From the sequence record MW749001.1: a stretch of DNA of 64,000 nucleotides, one strand, 5' to 3'. Shown in pieces: positions 56,001-64,000 of this stretch (positions are counted from its first letter, which is position 1; each line of letters starts with the position of its first letter). The notes beneath the pieces are model-generated. The model had not been told where the DNA came from. It worked only from the letters and a program-made list of their open reading frames with translations, and ran no database searches. The stretch is from Escherichia phage vB_EcoM_Kelasse. The position numbers and the translations under genes are program-made.

Positions 56001-56955
56001 CTCTTCAGACGGCGATAATAAAGCAACTGAAGGCGATTGGAATGGAAAACGACCGTTTTCAATCGATATGACTGCTGGTACTGTTCGTCTTGGCGAAAAT
56101 ACTTCTTTTGATAAAGATATTACTATTAATGGAAACATTAATTCACGAGTTAAAGCTGCCGGACAATGGAGTGTTAGCTTTTCTGCTATTTCAGATGTGA
56201 CTCGCGACAATTCTGCATTCTTAGCGAATACGGGTGGCATTTCCAAGACAAGTCAAGCTTATTACCCGCTATTTTCTGGATACAGTTTTTTAACTGACGC
56301 GGGTTATCGACAATCGTTTGAATTTGGATGGTTAGGTGTTTCTGGTACTTGGCGCCAAGGCATTATTCGCATGCGTGGTGACAACGCATCGGGGCAACAG
56401 GCTCGTTGGACTTTTGATATGGACGGAACATTTTATGCTCCTATACTATCATGCGGATCTGCGAGAGCATTCGGTGTCAATACATCAAATGGTCTCGGTG
56501 GAAACAGTATAACATTTGGTGATAGCGATACTGGTATTAAGCAAAATGGCGATGGATTATTAGACATATATGCGAACAGCGTACAAGTGTTCCGTTTCCA
56601 AAACGGTGATTTGTACTCATACAAAAATATAAATGCTCCAAACGTTTATATTCGTTCTGATATTCGTTTAAAATCCAACTTCAAACCTATCGAAAATGCA
56701 CTTGATAAAGTTGAAAAACTCAACGGTGTCATTTACGATAAAGCTGAATACATCGGTGGAGAGGCAATTGAAACTGAAGCGGGTATTGTGGCTCAAACGT
56801 TACAAGACGTTTTACCAGAAGCTGTCCGTGAAACAGAAGACAGTAAGGGTAATAAAATACTCACTGTTTCTTCTCAAGCCCAGATTGCTCTTCTAGTTGA
56901 AGCTGTGAAAACACTTTCTTCTCGTGTAAAAGAACTTGAATCTAAACTTATGTAA
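53017..56955 (+). CDS. 37: long tail fibre distal subunit with C-terminal intramolecular chaperone domain
   Basis: 1312 aa [43 protein letters not shown]; shares VWGN..F...TVFEV..HFYSQR repeat with gp34; C-terminus has SDIRLKSN...[15 protein letters not shown]. Confidence 0.85.
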   Translation: MATLKQIQFKRSKTAGARPAASVLAEGELAINLKDRTIFTKDDTGNIIDLGIAKGGQIDGNVTIDGTLRVNGPINNFGNFSTSGTITASNIVSATVFRSTSGSFYTRAINDTANAHLWFENTNGSERGVLYSKPQSENEGVITMRVRQGTAAGAQNSEFHFISTDGGIFQARKLTALTSISTPTISVNLINHDSKAFGQYDSQSLVQYVYPGTGETNGVNYLRKVRAKSGGTMWHEICTAQTGQADEMSWWTGNTPQSKQYGIRNDGRMAGRNSLALGTFTTNFPSSDYGNVGVMGDKYLVLGDTVTGLSYKKTGVFDLVGGGYSVASITPDSFRSTRKGIFGRSEDQGTTWIMPGTNAAFLSVQTQADNNNAGDGQTHIGYNAGGKMSHYFRGKGKTNINTQEGVDVNPGILKLTTGGESISFNAATGSINSTLAFRLNKGIIIDGPDNQGFQFNAPTAADGTRSIYWNSGTRAGQNKSPVTVKVWGNSFNASGDRARETVFEVADGQGFHFYSQRVAPAPGSTVGPIQFRVNGGLLTSGGITSSGSIVTESSLVANNGMSVNGQAKFGGTANALRIWNAEYGVIFRRSESNFYIIPTNQNEGESGDIHSSLRPVRIGLNDGMVGLGRDSFIVDQNNALTTINSNSRINANFRMQLGQSTYIDAECTDAVRPAGAGSFASQNNENVRAPFYMNINRTDTSTYVPIVKQRYVQNNSCYSIGTLINGGNFRVHYHEGGDGGSTGAIIKDLGWEFNKNGDFYSPGKLGAGNIRIGTDGNITGGSGNFANLNTTLNRKVNSGFVTYGATAGWYKFATVTMPQSTSTVSFTITGGKGFNTGLFTQCAITEIVLRTGNDRPAGLNAVMYTRTAAGLTDIAVVNTSGNTYDIYVESGTYANQLAYTWHTVDNATVEVIGAFGPTQDPVDSLPADYVKGQVANMLNNLVDTGKVKRYVAESEIAINNQTGLRITSNSDRSGSNSVLFRNDGGSFYILLTDKNSSDGDNKATEGDWNGKRPFSIDMTAGTVRLGENTSFDKDITINGNINSRVKAAGQWSVSFSAISDVTRDNSAFLANTGGISKTSQAYYPLFSGYSFLTDAGYRQSFEFGWLGVSGTWRQGIIRMRGDNASGQQARWTFDMDGTFYAPILSCGSARAFGVNTSNGLGGNSITFGDSDTGIKQNGDGLLDIYANSVQVFRFQNGDLYSYKNINAPNVYIRSDIRLKSNFKPIENALDKVEKLNGVIYDKAEYIGGEAIETEAGIVAQTLQDVLPEAVRETEDSKGNKILTVSSQAQIALLVEAVKTLSSRVKELESKLM

Positions 56956-56957
56956 AG

Positions 56958-56973
56958 GAGGGCTTCGGCCCTC
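56958..56973 (+). terminator. stem-loop between gene 37 and gene 38
   Basis: GAGGGC-TTCG-GCCCTC directly after gene 37 stop; short T-run; may attenuate or stabilise. Confidence 0.45.
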
Positions 56974-56985
56974 TAAGGATTTTTA

Positions 56986-57777
56986 ATGGCAATTGTAGGT
57001 GTTCCTGGCTGGATTGGTGAATCTGCCGTGAATGAAACTGGACAACGCTGGATGGACGCTGCGATGAAAGCTGTTCGTGTTTCAGTTCCCGGTTGGATGA
57101 GTTCAATGGCTGGGCAATCTAAAGAAGTATATTATAGCGTTGGTGCTAGCAATTCTTACAATAAAGACACACTAATAAATTGGATAAAAGCCCAAGGCAG
57201 TACTCCTGTTGTTATTACTATTACAGGAAATATTGTTTCTCAATCTACTGGTGTTCCATGCTTAGATTTTCCTAGCTCATTAACTAATGCATATGTTACC
57301 TTAAATATTAATAGTGGGGTTCATGTATTAGGTCGGGGAGGAAATGGCGGAAGTAACTCTGCTGGCGGAGCAGGAGGAACTGCAATAAATAACGGAATTG
57401 GAACTCGTTTAAGAATAAACAATAATGGTATTATTGGTGGCGGCGGAGGTGGCGGCGCTGGTGCTAGATACCATCCTTTCCCTCAAATGGATATGATATT
57501 TGGTGGCGGCGGAGGTCGTCCATTTGGCGCAGCTGGCGCAGCAGGAGGTGGCGCAGCGGCAGCATCCGCTGGTACAATTTCTGCTCCTGGTAAAGGTACT
57601 GTTTCTGGGGTTCACTATGGAGGAAATGGTGGAGATTTGGGAGCTGCTGGCAAATCTTCATATATTAAAGGTGGTACTGGAGGAACTGTTCACTCGGGTG
57701 GTGCTGCGGGTAAAGCTGTTACTGGTAATGCTCCAACTTGGACTAAAGTTGGCACAATATATGGTTCAAGAGTATAA
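56986..57777 (+). CDS. 38: tail fibre tip adhesin (T2-type gp38)
   Basis: 263 aa MAIVGVPGWIGESAVNETGQRWMDAAMKAV; multiple glycine-rich motifs separated by variable segments. Confidence 0.8.
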   Translation: MAIVGVPGWIGESAVNETGQRWMDAAMKAVRVSVPGWMSSMAGQSKEVYYSVGASNSYNKDTLINWIKAQGSTPVVITITGNIVSQSTGVPCLDFPSSLTNAYVTLNINSGVHVLGRGGNGGSNSAGGAGGTAINNGIGTRLRINNNGIIGGGGGGGAGARYHPFPQMDMIFGGGGGRPFGAAGAAGGGAAAASAGTISAPGKGTVSGVHYGGNGGDLGAAGKSSYIKGGTGGTVHSGGAAGKAVTGNAPTWTKVGTIYGSRV

Positions 57778-57809
57778 TTTTTGAATAAATATCCTTAAAA
57801 GGAGGGTCT

Positions 57810-58466
57810 ATGGCAGCACCTAGAATATCATTTTCGCCCTCTGATATTCTATTTGGTGTTCTAGATCGCTTGTTCAAAGATAACGCTACCGGGAAGGTTC
57901 TTGCCTCCCGAGTAGCTGTCGTAATTCTTTTATTTATGATGGCGATTGTTTGGTATAGGGGAGATAGTTTCTTTGAGTACTATAAGCAATCAAAGTATGA
58001 AACATACAGTGAAATTATTGAAAAGGAAAGAAATGCACGCTTTGAATCTGTCGCCCTGGAACAACTCCAGATAGTTCATATATCATCTGAGGCAGACTTT
58101 AGTGCGGTGTATTCTTTCCGCCCTAAAAATTTAAACTATTTTGTTGATATTATAGCATATGAAGGAAGATTACCTTCAACAATAACTGAAAAATCACTTG
58201 GAGGATATCCTGTTGATAAAACTATGGATGAATATACAGTTCATTTAAATGGACGTCATTATTATTCCGATTCAAAATTTGCTTTTTTACCAACTAAAAA
58301 GCCTACTCCCGAAATAAACTACATGTACAGTTGTCCATATTTTAATTTGGATAATATCTATGCTGGAACAATAACAATGTACTGGTATAGAAATGATCAT
58401 ATAAGTAATGACCGCCTTGAATCAATATGTGCTCAGGCGGCCAGAATATTAGGAAGGGCTAAATAA
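57810..58466 (+). CDS. t: holin
   Basis: 218 aa MAAPRISFSPSDILFGVLDRLFKDNATGKVLASRVAVVILLFMMAIVWY; single N-terminal TM plus large periplasmic domain. Confidence 0.9.
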   Translation: MAAPRISFSPSDILFGVLDRLFKDNATGKVLASRVAVVILLFMMAIVWYRGDSFFEYYKQSKYETYSEIIEKERNARFESVALEQLQIVHISSEADFSAVYSFRPKNLNYFVDIIAYEGRLPSTITEKSLGGYPVDKTMDEYTVHLNGRHYYSDSKFAFLPTKKPTPEINYMYSCPYFNLDNIYAGTITMYWYRNDHISNDRLESICAQAARILGRAK

Positions 58467-58739
58467 TTATTTGTTCGTATACATCTCTAGATATCGATAT
58501 ACACCCTCAAAACCCTCGTTGAATTCGTCGATGAGGGTTTTCTTATCTTCTTGAGTTAATTCAGAAACAATTTTACGGAATGAATTCTGATTTAATTTTC
58601 TACCTTCATGCGTTACTCCAATCTCATTCAGAAATGCAATAAAATTAGCACGATTTTCAACAATATCTTCTCTGGAAAATTTAATCAAAATAGACGCAAC
58701 AGTAATAATTTCACGAACTGTATCAATGTTTTTATTCAT
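58467..58739 (-). CDS. asiA: anti-sigma-70 factor
   Basis: 90 aa MNKNIDTVREIITVASILIKFSREDIVENRANFIAFLNEIG. Confidence 0.85.
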   Translation of the reverse strand: MNKNIDTVREIITVASILIKFSREDIVENRANFIAFLNEIGVTHEGRKLNQNSFRKIVSELTQEDKKTLIDEFNEGFEGVYRYLEMYTNK

Positions 58740-58751
58740 TAACTATACCAC

Positions 58752-58904
58752 TCAATTAGTTGACTTTGCTATAATATCATCAGACGCTTGATTTGTAAAC
58801 TGGTCTGTGGTATTTTCTTCAAAAATTTTTTCTACGAATTCCTTGAACGACTCGCGTTCCTGAGCTACATTATGCTCGATTACCTTTTCAAGATTATGAC
58901 TCAT
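58752..58904 (-). CDS. hypothetical small protein
   Basis: 50 aa (MSHNLEKVIEHNVAQERESFKEF...), hand translated; ATG overlaps arn stop (ATGA); asiA early promoter lies inside it. Confidence 0.35.
   Translation of the reverse strand: MSHNLEKVIEHNVAQERESFKEFVEKIFEENTTDQFTNQASDDIIAKSTN
58771..58800 (-). promoter_or_regulatory. early promoter candidate (GTTTAC -35, TATTAT -10) for asiA
   Basis: Minus strand GTTTAC-N18-TATTAT about 55 nt upstream of asiA ATG. Confidence 0.35.
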
Positions 58905-59179
58905 TCGAAATAATCTTCAATTTCATAATCATGGACATAAATCATTATAGTTTTTAATACATCATCAATACTTTTTCCTGGAGCTGGAATTACGTAAAAA
59001 TATCCTGCTTTTGAGAGGTCTTTATAAGTTCCAATCAAGAAATCATTATTCTCAAGATGTAGTTCTTCAACTAATTCATTAACAATTGAATGGTATAGGT
59101 TTGGTAGAAACTTATATAGCTTTTCTAGAATATCAATTTTGATTGTGTATTGAACCACAGATTGAGAATCAATAATCAT
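58901..59179 (-). CDS. arn: anti-restriction nuclease (Arn)-like protein
   Basis: 92 aa acidic protein at arn position between asiA and motA. Confidence 0.6.
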   Translation of the reverse strand: MIIDSQSVVQYTIKIDILEKLYKFLPNLYHSIVNELVEELHLENNDFLIGTYKDLSKAGYFYVIPAPGKSIDDVLKTIMIYVHDYEIEDYFE

Positions 59180-59288
59180 AGACCTTCCCCTTATGTTTCT
59201 GTTTGCGATTAGATTCTTTAAACGCTTTCTTCTTATCCTTATGAACAGAAGCTTTATTAAAATTATGTTTTGCGACTAAATTGTTCAT
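59169..59288 (-). CDS. hypothetical small basic protein
   Basis: 39 aa (MNNLVAKHNFNKASVHKDKKKAFK...), stop overlaps arn start; weak SD. Confidence 0.3.
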   Translation of the reverse strand: MNNLVAKHNFNKASVHKDKKKAFKESNRKQKHKGKVYDY

Positions 59289-59481
59289 AGTGCTGAATTA
59301 CCTCTCTCAAACATTTGCATGTGAATGAAAACTTTTTAGCTACACCACATTCAAATATGTGTTCTCTTAAATCACATGTATCAGTATATCCCATCTCAAC
59401 AATAAAATGCCTTATTAGATTTTTATCTTTATCATTGAGAGAATTAAAATAATCAGATTTTGAATTAATTTCCCTGGCCAA
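59263..59481 (-). CDS. hypothetical protein
   Basis: 72 aa. Confidence 0.45.
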   Translation of the reverse strand: MAREINSKSDYFNSLNDKDKNLIRHFIVEMGYTDTCDLREHIFECGVAKKFSFTCKCLREVIQHYEQFSRKT

Positions 59482-59761
59482 ATTGAATCACCTTCAGTTG
59501 ACGTTTTAATTCTTTTATCATCTCTTCGTTCATCGCAATATAAAGATCGCGTAAAGCAGGTTTTAGCATTCCATTTACTGGAGAACTAAATGGACACACA
59601 TAATCTTTTCCTACAAGCTTTTTGGTGAATTCCATATCACAGAATTTAAATCCCGGCTCATTGGTATAAATTCCCCAATTAGTTGACATCATTTTATTAG
59701 CGTATTCCAGTGCCTGGATTTGATTCATAATTCCATCAATTTGAAACTTTTTAATATTCAT
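59465..59761 (-). CDS. hypothetical protein
   Basis: 98 aa. Confidence 0.45.
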   Translation of the reverse strand: MNIKKFQIDGIMNQIQALEYANKMMSTNWGIYTNEPGFKFCDMEFTKKLVGKDYVCPFSSPVNGMLKPALRDLYIAMNEEMIKELKRQLKVIQFGQGN

Positions 59762-60222
59762 TAGTAAAGGTCCTCAGAGTAAAGTTCTTTTTCACTACCA
59801 CCGCGTTCAATACGCACCTGCCCAGCATAAGTTGCAATAATCATTGCTTCTTCACGTGTCCAATAATTACTATATTGGTCAATAAACCCTTGGTCATCAT
59901 CACAAACTTGTTGAGTAACTAACTGTGGTTTAACTATATCTAAAACTTCTGCCATGTCCTTAGAATAATGACGAGCGCCTGGAATAATAAGAGTTCGTCC
60001 ATCTTTTAATTTAAAACGGTTGGCTGCGCAGACAATTCGTCGTTGATACTTTTGATTTTCATCCCAATATGCAGTCTGCCAACAGATTTCAGGAACTTCT
60101 TTCAGAATATCTTCTTCTGTGCATTTATAACCATGCGCTTTAAATTTTTGAACAAGACTCTCCGGAGTCTCACGAGATAAAGGAACATTCAGCATTTTTA
60201 AACGATTGATAAATGGGTTCAT
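59761..60222 (-). CDS. hypothetical protein
   Basis: 153 aa. Confidence 0.5.
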   Translation of the reverse strand: MNPFINRLKMLNVPLSRETPESLVQKFKAHGYKCTEEDILKEVPEICWQTAYWDENQKYQRRIVCAANRFKLKDGRTLIIPGARHYSKDMAEVLDIVKPQLVTQQVCDDDQGFIDQYSNYWTREEAMIIATYAGQVRIERGGSEKELYSEDLY

Positions 60223-60548
60223 TTAAACCATCCTTTAATACGCTGCCACAAAGTTTTCTGCTGAGTTTTGTTAACACCAATTGAGCGAATAACTGGTTGA
60301 GATTCCTGGAATTCTTTATAATCAGCAAGGTAAATTTCGTAAGCTGCATCCGTAAATGAACTTATCGCTGCCATAAAATTATTGCGAATACCTATTGGAG
60401 CATCTTTACTGTCACGAATAATCATGTATTTACCAGTCTTAATCTTTACAATAGTTCCAAGATAAGCTCCATGGTACCAAATGTCCCACCCCTCTTGAGT
60501 GGGTTCTGCACAACGACGAAGTTCATTGATAATTTCTAACTTGTTCAT
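60219..60548 (-). CDS. hypothetical protein
   Basis: 109 aa. Confidence 0.5.
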   Translation of the reverse strand: MNKLEIINELRRCAEPTQEGWDIWYHGAYLGTIVKIKTGKYMIIRDSKDAPIGIRNNFMAAISSFTDAAYEIYLADYKEFQESQPVIRSIGVNKTQQKTLWQRIKGWFK

Positions 60549-60558
60549 TATTTATTCC

Positions 60559-61194
60559 TCACAGTTCAGATGCTACAGTGATTACTGCTTCAATGTTTTC
60601 TGCCGAGCGTTTAATGTCAAGATACACATTACCGTTTTTAGCGATTTTACAAGACATTCCGATATCAGTAAATTTCTGAATATGATGTTCCATCATTTTG
60701 TATCCAAAAATTCGCATATTTCCATTATTGTTAATTTCAAAATTGCGAATTCCGTGGGTGCGTTTTTCTAAAATAGCGAGATAGTTACTGCGATAAGTTT
60801 CAACCTTTTTAAGAACAAATCCATTTTCATCTAAAAGTTTTAACATAAAGTCTTTATCTTCTTCCATATCAGAAGTAATCTCGCGAGCTTTACGAGTTGC
60901 TCGTTTTTTCAGCAGTTCAGGAGCGTTTTCCTGTGCATATAAAGTTGCTGCGTTTGAAATAATATCTTGCGCTTCGCCTGTGATGATTAATCCATCACCT
61001 GATTTCTCTACCAGGCCTTTTTTAATCAATACCCCAATATTACTATTAACTACTGCGTTACCTAAATCTGGATGCACCTCACGAACTTCTGCGGCTGTAA
61101 TGAAATCTTTCTTAGCAATAGTAATTAAAATCGCAGCAGTTTTTTCATTCAGAACATCGTTAGAAGCTTTGATGATGTAAGTTACTTTAGACAT
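60559..61194 (-). CDS. motA: middle-transcription activator MotA
   Basis: 211 aa MSKVTYIIKASNDVLNEKTAAILITIAKKDFITAAEVREV; early promoter and terminator cassette upstream. Confidence 0.85.
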   Translation of the reverse strand: MSKVTYIIKASNDVLNEKTAAILITIAKKDFITAAEVREVHPDLGNAVVNSNIGVLIKKGLVEKSGDGLIITGEAQDIISNAATLYAQENAPELLKKRATRKAREITSDMEEDKDFMLKLLDENGFVLKKVETYRSNYLAILEKRTHGIRNFEINNNGNMRIFGYKMMEHHIQKFTDIGMSCKIAKNGNVYLDIKRSAENIEAVITVASEL

Positions 61195-61235
61195 TTTCTA
61201 ATCTCCGTAATTCTGTATCAGTAGTTGATAGTTGT

Positions 61236-61265
61236 ATAGTACCACAGTATGCTTTGGTTGTAAAC
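61236..61265 (-). promoter_or_regulatory. early promoter (GTTTAC -35, 18-nt spacer, TACTAT -10) for motA
   Basis: Minus strand GTTTAC...TACTAT with A/T-rich upstream element after terminator hairpin. Confidence 0.5.
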
Positions 61266-61295
61266 CGTTTTGTGAAAAATTTTTGAAATAAAAAA

Positions 61296-61315
61296 GGGAG
61301 AGCCGAGGCTCTCCC
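61296..61315 (-). terminator. intrinsic terminator after gene 52 / small membrane ORF
   Basis: GGGAGAGCC-loop-GGCTCTCCC; minus strand followed by TTTTTTATTT. Confidence 0.75.
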
Positions 61316-61320
61316 TAAAA

Positions 61321-61470
61321 TTACTGCATGACTGTGATAACTGTCATGATAACACGTTGAATGCCGAACGCAAGAAGACCTCCTGCTACGGCTGGAACAA
61401 CACCTAAACCCGCCAGTAAAATGCTACCGGATACTAATGCAGCGCTTGTAATACCTATAAATGGACTCAT
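61321..61470 (-). CDS. small hydrophobic membrane peptide
   Basis: 49 aa MSPFIGITSAALVSGSILLAGLGVVPAVAGGLLAFGIQRVIMTVITVMQ; ATG overlaps gene 52 stop (ATGA). Confidence 0.45.
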   Translation of the reverse strand: MSPFIGITSAALVSGSILLAGLGVVPAVAGGLLAFGIQRVIMTVITVMQ

Positions 61471-62795
61471 TTGATTTCCTCTAAATCTTTAGTGTATTCG
61501 GTAACTACATCAGTAGTTTTCCAATATTCGTTTTCTTCTTTCTTAGCTTTAGCTTCTTCAGCAAGTTTCTTTGCTTCGTCGGAAGTCATATGAAAAATAT
61601 TCATTCCGACTAGTTTATCAACATAAGAAGAATACATCTCAATTTTAGAAAGTTCTTCGGTCAGTTCTTTACGAGTTTTACCCTGCACAACGATTTCACC
61701 TGAAATTACTTTCTTAATAAAATGTGCCTTGGCAAAGGCTAAACGAAATGCTGATTCAGTTTCTTTGATTTTGTTATCAATTCGTTTTTGGACATAAGTT
61801 TTACGAACTTCAACAAAGTCTTTAATTAAATCAACTACGTTATCGTAAACTTGCAGCTTTCCTTTCTCATTAATAACCGTAATATTCTGAGAACGACGCT
61901 CAATCAACCCGAAGTCTTTCATGATTTTTGCATGGCGTTCTTCTTCGTTATCGCTCAAAGAGTATTCTTTGCGGAATTTAATTTTAAAGCCAAAACCATG
62001 CTCACCACAAGCATCATCCCATGTAATGAAGCCTTTATCTTCAAGCGGGTCTAAGATTTTACTCACGTAAGTTTCACGATCATACTTATACGGAATCTCA
62101 GTGATATTCATTTGAGTTCGTGAAGTAAACTTGTACGTTCCACGAATTTCATATTGACCGTCAATTTCAACGACTTCACCACGAAATTCTGGGAATTCTA
62201 CCTTCGGTTTAGTTACTTTCTTTCCTTGAAGAGCTTGTAATACAGCTTTCTTGACAGAAGAAACGCTATGAGGAAGAATGTAAGTTGCATAACCAGTTGC
62301 AATACCGGAAACACCATTAAGAAGAACGGTAGGAATAATAGGCAAATAGAAAGCAGGCGGAATGTGTTCTTTATCTTGATGTACCGGAGCATATTCAATA
62401 TCTTTATATACACTATAGAAATTTTTACTTACACGAGCAAAAATATAACGACTTGCTGCTGCTTTTTGAACGGTACGAGAACCAAAGTTTCCTTGACCAT
62501 CTAACAAAGGAAAGTTATTATTCCAAGTATTAGCCATCAAAGCCCCCGCGTCTTGCGCAGAGTTTTCGCCATGATGATATCCAAGGTCCGCTACACCGCC
62601 TGCAATAGAAGCGAGTTTGTGAAACTTATCTTTATTTCCTCGTGCCAAATCAAGAGCTCGAGCGATAACAAATCGTTGAACTGGCTTAAATCCATCAATC
62701 ATATTTGGGATAGCACGATTTTCAACCGTGTACATAGCATAAGCCAATGCTTCATTATCAATGATACTTTTTAAATCGCGATTATTCAGTTGCAT
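61467..62795 (-). CDS. 52: DNA topoisomerase II medium subunit
   Basis: 442 aa MQLNNRDLKSIIDNEALAYAMYTVENRAIPNMIDGFKPVQRF (GyrA-like). Confidence 0.9.
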   Translation of the reverse strand: MQLNNRDLKSIIDNEALAYAMYTVENRAIPNMIDGFKPVQRFVIARALDLARGNKDKFHKLASIAGGVADLGYHHGENSAQDAGALMANTWNNNFPLLDGQGNFGSRTVQKAAASRYIFARVSKNFYSVYKDIEYAPVHQDKEHIPPAFYLPIIPTVLLNGVSGIATGYATYILPHSVSSVKKAVLQALQGKKVTKPKVEFPEFRGEVVEIDGQYEIRGTYKFTSRTQMNITEIPYKYDRETYVSKILDPLEDKGFITWDDACGEHGFGFKIKFRKEYSLSDNEEERHAKIMKDFGLIERRSQNITVINEKGKLQVYDNVVDLIKDFVEVRKTYVQKRIDNKIKETESAFRLAFAKAHFIKKVISGEIVVQGKTRKELTEELSKIEMYSSYVDKLVGMNIFHMTSDEAKKLAEEAKAKKEENEYWKTTDVVTEYTKDLEEIK

Positions 62796-62799
62796 AAAT

Positions 62800-62940
62800 T
62801 TACCATACTAGTGAATGTAGTGCCATAATAACATCAGAAATGAAAAGCACGACTTGAATTAATCCGAACATTACTCCATAATATAGTGCTACCAATAAAG
62901 TAGCAAGGGCTACTGAGTAGCCCAAGATTTTCTTAATCAT
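62800..62940 (-). CDS. small hydrophobic membrane peptide
   Basis: 46 aa MIKKILGYSVALATLLVALYYGVMFGLIQVVLFISDVIMALHSLVW, hand translated. Confidence 0.4.
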   Translation of the reverse strand: MIKKILGYSVALATLLVALYYGVMFGLIQVVLFISDVIMALHSLVW

Positions 62941-63091
62941 TAGTAGATAACAACACAAATGTTAAATATGCACACATACCCTGAGCTAAAGCTTGTGAAA
63001 ACACGCTGCTGGCATCAATACAGATAGTTAAAACACATGCTACTATCCAACAAATAAATGAAATAACTCCTAATAATTTTGCAATATTCAT
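62933..63091 (-). CDS. small hydrophobic membrane peptide
   Basis: 52 aa MNIAKLLGVISFICWIVACVLTICIDASSVF...; GAGGA SD; overlaps next ORF. Confidence 0.45.
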   Translation of the reverse strand: MNIAKLLGVISFICWIVACVLTICIDASSVFSQALAQGMCAYLTFVLLSTND

Positions 63092-63178
63092 ATTTTCCTC
63101 ACTGGCGTCCGAAGACGCCTTTAGTTTTAAGATTGTTACGATAGAACTGCATCACGTGTTCGTTATGGAAATTACTCA

Positions 63179-63637
63179 TTAATACGCCTGCAAAACAAAT
63201 TTAAAGTTATCAGCCAACATACGATTCATTTCTTCAAGTGTTTGATACTCAGAATGATGATTACGGGTAAACGCCAAAGCTAACTGACCTTTTCCAAACC
63301 CCGTCGTCAGAGGTTTCATCTTAGAAGCAGGTAGATAAAATACCGTGTATGGAACATTGTTATTTGCAATAGTACGTGCAAGCTGAGACCGACGCTGACG
63401 AATATGACTTAGAACTGCACTGAATCCTTGCTTAGAACGTTGATTACCTACATAAAATCGTGCAGACACACATGGATTACTAAATAGACGACCATCTAAT
63501 TTACTTACTAAAAAGTAAAATCCAGGTTTAGATAAAATATCTTTATGTGGAACTCCCAAAAACCATTCACCGTTCTTGATTGTACCAATAACGGTAGCGC
63601 CTGCATTGTTCAGATCAGTAACAGTCATATATTTCAT
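63179..63637 (-). CDS. ndd: nucleoid disruption protein
   Basis: 152 aa from [33 protein letters not shown]; ORF extends to 63685. Confidence 0.8.
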
Positions 63638-63697
63638 ATTAATTTCCTCTAAATTATTTTCTACTCCAAGGCCGCATGAATACACACGGCCATTAAA

Positions 63698-63913
63698 TTA
63701 ATCATCGCAGTCGACGCTTAATTCCCAGAACTCTTCTACAGTATAAGTTTCAGTATCATTTTCAATACAGAAACGTTCATTGCTGTTATTTGCTAAAGTA
63801 GCGTTAACTGTCATTTTCTCGCTAGTGCTTTTAAGAGGCGAAATACGAATTAACTGATCACCATTATCTAAGCAAAAAATTTCACCAACTTTTACATCTT
63901 TAAAGATTTTCAT
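63698..63913 (-). CDS. hypothetical protein
   Basis: 71 aa ORF upstream of ndd. Confidence 0.45.
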   Translation of the reverse strand: MKIFKDVKVGEIFCLDNGDQLIRISPLKSTSEKMTVNATLANNSNERFCIENDTETYTVEEFWELSVDCDD

Positions 63914-63916
63914 AAT

Positions 63917-64000
63917 TCACCTCAAGGAGTATAAAATCCAAATGCAGTTGTTGACCATCCCATCCAATATGGGAAATTTGCACCAATGTAAAACATAAGA
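63917..64000 (-). CDS. hypothetical protein, 3' fragment (5' partial beyond window)
   Basis: Open frame to window edge ending ...CIWILYSLR; weak support. Confidence 0.25.
   Translation of the reverse strand, partial: SYVLHWCKFPILDGMVNNCIWILYSLR

Noticed and set aside
57300-57700. Possible CRISPR-like or tandem array in the glycine-rich region
   Set aside because: Repeats are short GGN codon runs inside a coding sequence, with no spacer-repeat periodicity.
57409-57784. Three ORFs (68, 65, 94 aa) within or antisense to gene 38
   Set aside because: Created by GGN glycine-codon repeats of the adhesin; no independent translation signals.

Overview
This window is a contiguous segment of a T4-like (Tevenvirinae) myophage genome, recognised by reading the translated ORFs against remembered T4 proteins and gene order; no database search was run. 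The plus strand carries late structural modules: head genes 20(partial)-67-68-21-22-23-24, baseplate hub genes 51-27-28-29-48-54, and tail fibre genes 34-35-36-37-38 followed by holin t. The minus strand carries early/middle genes: rnlB, hoc, inh, uvsY, 25-26, a tandem alt pair, DNA ligase 30, rIII, 31, cd, pseT, a spanin pair, alc, rnlA, denA, nrdB, nrdA, td, frd, 32, 59, 33, dsbA, rnh, asiA, arn, motA, 52 and ndd. Regulatory grammar is readable directly: TATAAATA late promoters, GTTTAC-type early promoters with an 18-nt spacer, a MotA-box middle promoter before uvsY, UUCG/GAAA-loop terminator hairpins, and the gene 32 pseudoknot operator. Relative to T4 as I remember it, td and nrdB are uninterrupted and no homing-endonuclease ORFs sit at the usual T4 positions. 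I found no clearly novel multi-gene system. The loci most worth follow-up are an extra ORF between frd and td, two tandem Alt-like ADP-ribosyltransferase paralogs, a Hoc with a duplicated Ig-like domain, a T2-type gp37/gp38 tail-fibre tip, duplicated promoter cassettes, and a GC-richer gap next to rIII with no convincing ORF. All coordinates were counted by hand and may be off by a few nucleotides.
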